Positions 24,496-31,836 of a stretch of DNA of 31,836 bases are shown one piece after another; positions within the stretch are counted from its first letter, which is position 1, and each line of letters begins with the position of its first letter. The notes under the pieces are model-generated. The model worked only from the letters and a program-made list of their open reading frames with translations. It had not been told where the DNA came from and searched no databases. This DNA is from an uncultured Candidatus Peribacteria bacterium. Lineage in GTDB: Bacteria; Patescibacteriota; Gracilibacteria; BD1-5; UBA6164. Both the position numbers and the translations under genes were made by a program. Where the stretch lies: the NCBI GenBank assembly GCA_964538545.1, contig CAZIGU010000001.1, positions 1-31,836 on the forward strand, in the 5' to 3' direction.

Positions 24496-25158
24496 ATGTG
24501 ATTAGAAGATTTTACACCTTCGGAATCTCAAGAAGGTTCTAAATCATCTCGAGAAGCAGCAGAGAAATATAGACAATCAGTTAAAAAACGAGCATCTTGA
24601 CTAAAAAAAATATCAAAAGATGAAAAGAAAGCCAGAAAACATGATTTATTACTTTTAGAGTTTTTGACAGAAATAATAAGAAATAAAAAATATGATATTA
24701 TATTAAATGATTTATTTAAAGCTTTGGATTCTTCTAAAACTTCAAATTTTATAATATGAATATTATCTTTAATATATTTACCTATAAGCAATAAAATAAG
24801 AACTTTAAACAACTTAGAAAATATAAGTTTTGATAAAAAACCATATTCAGAGGAATTTGTTTTTGATGATAATAATTTAGATTTAGAATTTAAAAATAGA
24901 ATAAATTTATGGATAGAAGATATAATTTATATATTAAAATATGATTATTCTTCAGTTCAAATAAAAAGTCTTTTAGAATCTATTAAAAAAGAAGATATTG
25001 ATTATGAAAATATTATAAAATTTGTTTCAAAAATATTTCAATTTTTCTTTAAAGAATTTAATATATATATATCAGAAGAAAAAGCATATTCATATTCTTC
25101 TTTTATAGTAAAAGAAATATATAATAAAATAAAAGATATAGAAATAGAGAATATATAA
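24496..25158 (+). CDS. Hypothetical protein (220 aa)
   Basis: ATG 24496 to TAA 25158, open with TGA=Gly; charged helical N-terminus; two in-frame CGA codons. Confidence 0.7.
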
Positions 25159-25185
25159 AAAGATACTTTTTAAAAGTGTCTTTTT
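25158..25185. terminator. Bidirectional terminator-like hairpin between convergent genes
   Basis: AAAAGATACTTTT / AAAAGTGTCTTTT inverted repeat (one G-U pair) lying between two stop codons. Confidence 0.65.
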
Positions 25186-25891
25186 ACTTATGAGGATATT
25201 TTGTTTTAGATGGCCATTTTTTCCAAATTCTTTCCATATATCAAACATTTATATTTATATAATCTATTAGTTTTTCATAATTTCATCTATTTTCTTGTTG
25301 ATAAGTTTTTTTATTGTCTTTTCTTATAGATAATTTATTTAGTTTCAATACATTGATAGCAATGCTTTCATAAATTTCTAATTTATTTTTATATATTTCT
25401 TGACATACTGAAGGTGTATTTATACTTTTTAATACTAATATAGTATTTGTTGCTTTTATTCATTCATCTTTACCAATACAGTTTATAACTTTATCTCTTA
25501 TAGTTTTATTACATAATTCTTGATATTCTCTTGCAAATTCTCAATCTATAAAATTTAATTTATATTCTACAAAATCTAAAGCATCAACTAAGGGGTCTAT
25601 TTTTATTTTAGTTGCATTTTTTCAGAAAAATTTATCTTTATCTTTTTCAAGATCTTGTAAAAACTTCATTACTTTTTTATCAATTTTTTTAAATTCCATA
25701 TCAAGCACTATTTGAACAAGTCTATACTGAGGATCTGGATTAAAAGAACATACAAAATCTTGTATACTTCTTGTTGTATTTGGATTTTGTGCTGTAGTAC
25801 ATCTGTCTGATTGAGATTTATATTCACAAGCATAAGTTTGTCATACAGATATTAAAAATACAAAAAAACTTAAAAAAAATACTTTTTTCAT
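25184..25891 (-). CDS. Secreted Cys-containing hypothetical protein (235 aa)
   Basis: Signal peptide MKKVFFLSFFVFLISVGQTYA|C; several Cys; C-terminal RIWKKWPSKT. Confidence 0.7.
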
Positions 25892-25892
25892 A

Positions 25893-26138
25893 TTATCTTT
25901 TTTTTATTAAACTAATTGCAAATAAAGCTATCTTTCATAAAATAGATAAAACTTTTTTTATTCATTTTTTAGGTACTCTTTTTTCTATATTTTCAATTGT
26001 TTTTTTGCTTATTTCTTTTCATTTTTTTGTTTTAGATAATCAAACAGCAGAAGCGACAGCTCATCATATGATTATTCAAGTTATTATTTTATCAAGTTTT
26101 TTGATAGTTGAATCTTTTTTGTTTTTTCTAAAAAACAT
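25893..26138 (-). CDS. Small YtxH-like membrane-associated protein (81 aa)
   Basis: ITGIIIGGAVASAVGLSKTKKGKE matches the Gly-rich YtxH-type pattern. Confidence 0.6.
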
Positions 26139-26164
26139 CGTTTATTTAGTTAGCTAATAATTTT

Positions 26165-26593
26165 TTATCATTCCATTTTATTTATTTTTATAGTCTTAGT
26201 ATCAAATCTAAGTTTTGGTATTATTATAATAAGTAAATTGTTATGCATATAAGCTTTTATTTTATTTAAAGCTAAATTTTCAGGAAGTATAATATTTCTT
26301 ATAAATTTTCACCAAAAACATTCACTATTTCTTAAAATAATTCAATCTTCATCATATTCTTTAGGCTTTTCTCTAGTTCATTTTATAGTTAATATAGTTT
26401 TTTGTATAGATAAATCAATATCTTCATACTCAACTCAAGCAATAGGAGCTACTATATACAAACTATCATTTCATTCTAATATATCAAGCGCTATTTGTCA
26501 TACTTCTTGTTCTTCTTCTTCTTTATCAATCATTTCAACTTCTATAGTATTTTTTTGATTTTCTTCTTCATCAACTCAAAATAATTTAAACAT
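26165..26593 (-). CDS. Hsp20/alpha-crystallin family small heat-shock protein (142 aa)
   Basis: IVAPIAGVEYEDIDL, LTIKGTR, ECFWGKFIRNIILPE, IKAYMHNNLLIIIIPK; acidic N-terminus. Confidence 0.9.
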
Positions 26594-26657
26594 ATTTTTT
26601 TATTTAATTATAAAATTTTTAAAAAATAACTTTTTTATAAAAACATTATAAAAATTT

Positions 26658-26686
26658 TTGAAAAAAAACAAATAAAATGATATAAT
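26658..26686 (+). promoter_or_regulatory. Sigma70-type promoter upstream of pilC
   Basis: TTGAAA (26658) - 17 bp - TATAAT (26681) with an extended -10 TGn. Confidence 0.6.
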
Positions 26687-26718
26687 AAAATAAATAATTA
26701 TTTAAAATAAAAATAAAA

Positions 26719-27855
26719 ATGAATATTGATATAAAAAAAAATGATTTAAACTCCATTTTTGAAGCTATAAAATCAAAGTTTATAAACAAAAAAAATATAA
26801 AAATTTCTCAAAAACAAAAAATATATTTTTTTGATTCACTCTATGATCTTATAAATTCTTGAATTCCTATAACAAACTCTTTAACTATAATGTTATACCA
26901 AACAAAAGATAAAAAAACTTCATATATTATATCACAAATACTTAAAAATATAAGTTTATGAAAAAAAATAGAAGAGAGTTTTAAAGAGTTTCCAAGAGTT
27001 TTTTCAAATTTTGATGTATATATGATAAAAATGTGAGAAGTGACATGAAAACTTGCAAATTCTATTGATAATATAAGACAAAGGGAAGAAAAAAATGCAA
27101 ATATAAAATCAAAAGTTATATGAGCTTTGATATATCCTAGTATAGTTATATCTCTTAGTATAGCTATGGTAGTTTGATTTATGGTTTTTGTTATACCAAA
27201 AGTACAAATAATGTATTCTGACTCAAATGTTAATTTACCATCTTTGACACAAAAAGTCATATATATGTCAGAATTTTTACAAAAAAATTATATTATTTTG
27301 ATGTTTTTATTATTTTTTATAGTCTTTCTTTTAATTTTATTTAAAAAATGAAAAAAAACTAAATATTATTTTGATAAAATTATATTACAAATTCCTCTTT
27401 TTTGACCACTTATAAGAAAAAAAATATTAACAATCTTTTCTAATACATTGTGAACTTTATTATCAAATTGAATTATGATAAATGAAGCTTTAGGTATAAC
27501 TAAAAAAAGCTTAGAAAATGATTATTATGAAAGAAGAATAGACGAAATTTTAGTCTCTATTTGAGAAGGTATTCCACTTAGTGAACTTATGTGAGTTAAA
27601 AAAATAAAAGACTCTAAACAAGATGAATATTTTCCTATAGAATTGTCTAGTATAGTAAAAATATGAGAACAAACATGAAAACTATCAAGCTTACTTTTAA
27701 AAATATCTCATAAGTTTGACAAGGAAATAGACACAGTTGTAAAATGACTACAACGAGCAATAGAGCCTATAGTTATTATACTTGTTTGAGTTATAGTTTG
27801 AACTATGATAATGGCAATACTTCTTCCATTTTTTAATATGGTAAATGTTGTTTAA
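26719..27855 (+). CDS. pilC: Type II secretion system F family / type IV pilus platform protein (378 aa)
   Basis: Two GspF repeats: DLINSGIPI...GEVTGKL...ALIYPSIV and LLSNGIMI...GEQTGKLS...IEPIVII...ILLPFF. Confidence 0.92.
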
Positions 27856-29089
27856 AAATCTATTTCAAATAAACTATATTCATTTTCTTTTGATTTAACA
27901 GATATTTTTATTTTGTAAATATCTGTTATTTTTTTACTAAAGAAAGTAATATTCAACTTCATTTTGAATTTCTTGAAATATCTTCTTTATAAAATCTTTC
28001 CCAAATTTTTTCATAATTTTCTTTTTTTATAGCTACTCATGAATTTTTTATACTAAGTTTATTTTTTTGTAAAATTATTTCAATAAATCAATTTTTTTAT
28101 TATACCTTATAGTATTTCTTAATAGATTAGAAAAAAGTATATAAAAATAATTTTTAGGTACACTTACAAAAACATTTTCTTTTTTTCATATATTATTTTT
28201 ATATTTTTTTCTATAATATCGTTATTAAATTCTTTTAAAATATTTTCTATTTCTATTGATATATTTGTTTTTTCATAATTTTTTATATAACTTATATCTG
28301 ATAAATCAATAAGAGATTTAATTATATCATCAATTCTTTTTATTTCATCTGTAGAGTTTTTTATAAGTTCTTTATCATATATTTTTTGAAAATTTAACAA
28401 TGATAAATTAGAATTTATAACAGATATAGGAGTTTTTATTTCATGACTTGCATTGTGTATAAAATCAGTCATTTCTTTTAAGTTATTTTCTATAGGTTTA
28501 AGTATTTTTTTTGAAAAATATCTTCATAATAAATAAAATATTATAGAAAATAATAAACTTAAAATTAAAAATAATAAAATATCAAATAAATAACTATCTA
28601 AATCATAAGGGCTTTTTGACAAAAATAATATATAATCTCAATCATTTTTTATATAAGTTTTAAAAAAGAAAAATCATTTTTCTATATTAATATTATAATC
28701 TCAAAAAATTATAATATTTGATTTATTTTTTAAATTTCTTCTGTTAAGAGTATTTAATCTAGCAGGTAATTCTTCAAAATCAAATGGTTTTGTCATATAA
28801 TCATCTGCTCAAATATTTAATCATTGTATAATATCGTTTTTTTGAAGAGTTTGAAGTTAATATAATTATTTGAGTATCTATTCAAGATTTTCTTATTTCT
28901 TTCAAAACTTCTATTCAAGATAATCATGGTAAGTTTATATCTAATATGATGACATCATAATAATAGTTTTTTGCTTTATTTAATCAAGATAATCAATCTA
29001 GACAAGATTCACAAGTTATATTTTGCAAACTAAATCTAAATTATATTTTTAGATATTTGTATATTGTCTTCAATTAGTAGTATTTTCAT
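27852..29089 (-). pseudogene. Decayed two-component system: OmpR-type receiver fused in frame to a truncated sensor histidine kinase, with five frameshifts
   Basis: MKILLIEDN; YDVIILDINLPG; GADDYMTKPF; HisKA FIHNASHEIKTP; N box NLLRNTIRYN; ERFYK. Frame changes near 29041, 28837, 28180, 28092 and 27929. Confidence 0.85.
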
Positions 29090-29190
29090 TTTTTTATATT
29101 TATATTTATAATTCCAAAACTAAAATATTTTTTTTAATTAAGAAACAAGTAAGAATATATTAAAAATATTTTTAATAAGTCAAAAATAAA

Positions 29191-29218
29191 TTGCTTTTAA
29201 TAAAATAATAATTATACT
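29191..29218 (+). promoter_or_regulatory. Possible sigma70 promoter of typA
   Basis: TTGCTT - 16 bp - TATACT, about 50 bp upstream of the ATG; chance matches are likely at this AT content. Confidence 0.4.
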
Positions 29219-29269
29219 CTGACACGTTTAAAAGTAATATACTTTTTATTTATATTTTAACAATATTAT

Positions 29270-31072
29270 ATGTCTTTTAGAAATATTGCCATAATAGCTC
29301 ATGTAGATCACTGAAAAACTACTTTAGTAGATGCTATGCTTAAACAATCTTGAACTTTTAGAGAAAATGAAAAAGTTGATGAGAGAGTTATGGATAGTAA
29401 CGATCAAGAAAAAGAAAGATGAATAACTATTTATGCAAAAAATACTTCAATTTTTTACAAAGAACACAAAATAAATGTAGTTGATACTCCATGACATGCT
29501 GACTTCTGAAGTGAAGTAGAGAGAGTTTTGAGAATGGTTGACTCTGTCTGTTTAGTTGTAGATGCATATGAATGACCTATGCCTCAAACTAAATTTGTTC
29601 TTAAAAAATCTTTAGCTTTAGGCTTAAAACCTATAGTAATAATAAATAAAATAGACAAGCCTACTTCTCGTCCAGATTGGGTTGTTGATCAATTATTTGA
29701 TTTATTTGTTAAATTATGAGCTACAGATGAACAACTAGATTTTCCTGTTTGTTATGCTATAGCTAGAGAATGAATAGCAAAAAGGGATTTATCAGATGAT
29801 TCAAAAGATATAACTCCACTTTTTGATATGATTATGGAAAAAGTTCCAGAAGCTCCAAATAATTCAGAAAAACCTTTTAGAATGCAAGTTGCAAATCTAT
29901 GATATGATAATTTTTTAGGTAGACTAGCTATTTGAAGAGTTTATGATTGAGTAGTAAAACTTTGACAAGAGGTTACAATAACTGCAAATGATTGAACTAA
30001 AAGAAAATGAAAAATTTCAGAAATATTAACAAATCATTGATTAGCTAAAGTAAAAACTCCACAAGCTCAAGCTTGAGATATAGTTACAATAGCTTGAATA
30101 CCAGATATATTTGTTTGAGAAACAATAGCACAAGATACTTCAGTTGAAGCTCTTCCTCCTATTACTATAGATGAGCCTACTCTAAAAATGGAATTTTTAG
30201 TTAATAATTCTCCTTTCGCAGGTAAAGAATGAAAAATGGTTACTTCTAGACAAATAAGAGATAGATTAGAAAGGGAGTTAGAAACAAATGTTTGAATGAA
30301 AATAGATTTTGATTGAAGTGAAAACTTTATGGTATCTTGAAGATGAGAATTACACTTATCAGTTTTGATAGAAACTATGAGAAGAGAATGATTTGAACTT
30401 CAAGTTTGAGCTCCTGAAGTAATAATGCATGTTGAAAATGGAGTTAAAATGGAACCTATTGAAAGAGTAGCTGTTTCTGTTCCTTCTGAATTTGCATGAG
30501 CTGTTATAGAAAAACTTTGAAAAAGAAAATGAGAAATGGTAAATATGGTTGATGAAAATTGAACAGTGTCTTTAGAATTTAAAGTACCTACTAGATGACT
30601 TCTAGGTTTTAAATCAGAATTTACTACTATCACTAAATGAGAATGAATTCTAACTTCTTCTTTTGAAGAATTTGCAGAATATAAATGACCTATTGAGAAA
30701 AGAGAAGTTTGATCTATGGTTTCATGAGAAACTTGATCTACAATGGCTTATTCTCTATGGAAACTTCAAGATAGATGACCTTTGTTTGTAGATCCAGCAG
30801 TATCTATATATGAATGAATGATTATATGAGAACATTTAAAATGATGAGAACTTGTAGTTAATGCTACAAAAAATAAACAATTGACAAATATAAGAGCATC
30901 AGGTAGTGATGAAGCATTGAAACTTGCTACTCCTAGAAGAATGACGTTAGAAGAAGCAATTGATTATATAGGTTGAGATGAATATGTTGAAATAACTCCT
31001 TTAAATATAAGACTTAGAAAAAAATATTTAACAGAAACAGACAGAAAAAAATATTCTAGAAGTAAAAATTAA
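29270..31072 (+). CDS. typA: Translational GTPase TypA/BipA (600 aa)
   Basis: [52 protein letters not shown]-terminal IRLRKKYL. Many invariant Gly residues are encoded by TGA. Confidence 0.97.
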
Positions 31073-31100
31073 AAGAATGGATTTTAATCCATTCTTTTTT
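31071..31100 (+). terminator. Intrinsic terminator after typA
   Basis: AAAAGAATGGA / TCCATTCTTTT inverted repeat with a short AT loop, followed by Ts. Confidence 0.75.
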
Positions 31101-31169
31101 ATAAAAATTTGTATTTATAAAAAAATTATTATACTAAAATATGAATTTTTTACTTTTTAATACTGAAAT

Positions 31170-31836
31170 ATGATTTTAAATATTTTGAAAGACTTATTAT
31201 TACCATATAGAAATATTGTAAATTGGATTATAAATAAAACAATATTCTTTTTTGTATCTATTTTTATTTGAATTATTTTTTCTTCACCATTTTTTTTAGT
31301 TGTATATTTTTTAGCAAAAAATGATAGTGTCAAATGGAGTGAAATATTATCAAATTATTTCATTTCAGGAAGTCTTCCTATGAGTGTTTTAGCTACTTTA
31401 TGAGATAATTTTTTTGTTATTTTTATAGAGATTATTTTAGTGTTTTTATGAATTTTTATTTTGATATTTTCTTTTTATTATCAATCAGTTTTGAATACTA
31501 AACTATTTTTAGAGTATAAAAATAATATAATAAGTCCTTTTTTTTCTAAAAATTTATTTACTATTTATGTTAGGTATTTCAATATAGTTTCATTAGTTTG
31601 ATTATTTTTGATATTACCTTTTGTAGTTTTTTTTATAATATCTATATTTCTTGTAGTTTTTAGTGGTTGAATTGAAAAAACCACTATATTGGCTTATAGT
31701 TGATTTAATTATTTTACAGTTTCTATATTGATTTTATTTTTTATTACATTTTTCATAACAATTTATTTAGTTTATAGAACAATTTTTTCTATAACTTTAT
31801 ATTTAGAAGATAAATTTATAAAAAAAATAGAAACTC
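31170..31836 (+). CDS. Multi-TM hypothetical membrane protein (runs off the window)
   Basis: ATG 31170; frame open where checked (first about 270 nt and at the window end); several hydrophobic segments. Confidence 0.6.

Noticed and set aside
28833-28837. In-frame-looking CGA in the response regulator
   Set aside because: It appears only because of the frameshift in the A run; the true frame reads AAC GAT (N-D), so it was not counted as evidence.
1997-30633. Most ORFs in the supplied track (e.g. 1997-2185+, 5428-5715+, 12422-12898+, 24528-24812-, 26841-27260-, 30400-30633-)
   Set aside because: They are antisense or off-frame shadows of real genes. Others (2779-3078, 12997-13293, 14418-14606, 14736-14924, 23472-23696, 28164-28472) are in-frame fragments cut at TGA=Gly.

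Overview
Very AT-rich bacterial chromosome segment (about 20% GC by eye, not computed) that only makes sense if TGA is read as glycine (translation table 25). That points to Gracilibacteria or Absconditabacteria (Patescibacteria/CPR). The supplied ORF track treats TGA as stop, so it shows mostly fragments and antisense shadows. Read with TGA=Gly, the window is densely coding. A minus-strand block (1-16.6 kb) holds PilO/PilN-like genes, exonuclease-DinG, a GtrA-like protein, a pseudouridine synthase, a DHH phosphoesterase, murB, uvrA, comF, pepA and hypothetical genes. A plus-strand block (17-25.2 kb) holds ctpA, glyA, a WecA/MraY-family transferase, a prepilin-like protein, fmt, an ABC permease and prmC. 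After that come an Hsp20 cluster, pilC, a decayed and fused two-component system, and typA. The main observation is a probable second codon reassignment. In-frame CGA, normally Arg, falls on Ala-consensus positions at nine sites in six unrelated conserved proteins, and at no site where Arg is expected, while CGT/AGA/AGG still behave as Arg. No RNA genes, CRISPR arrays or mobile elements could be supported. All translations and motif matches were done by hand from recalled family consensus sequences.
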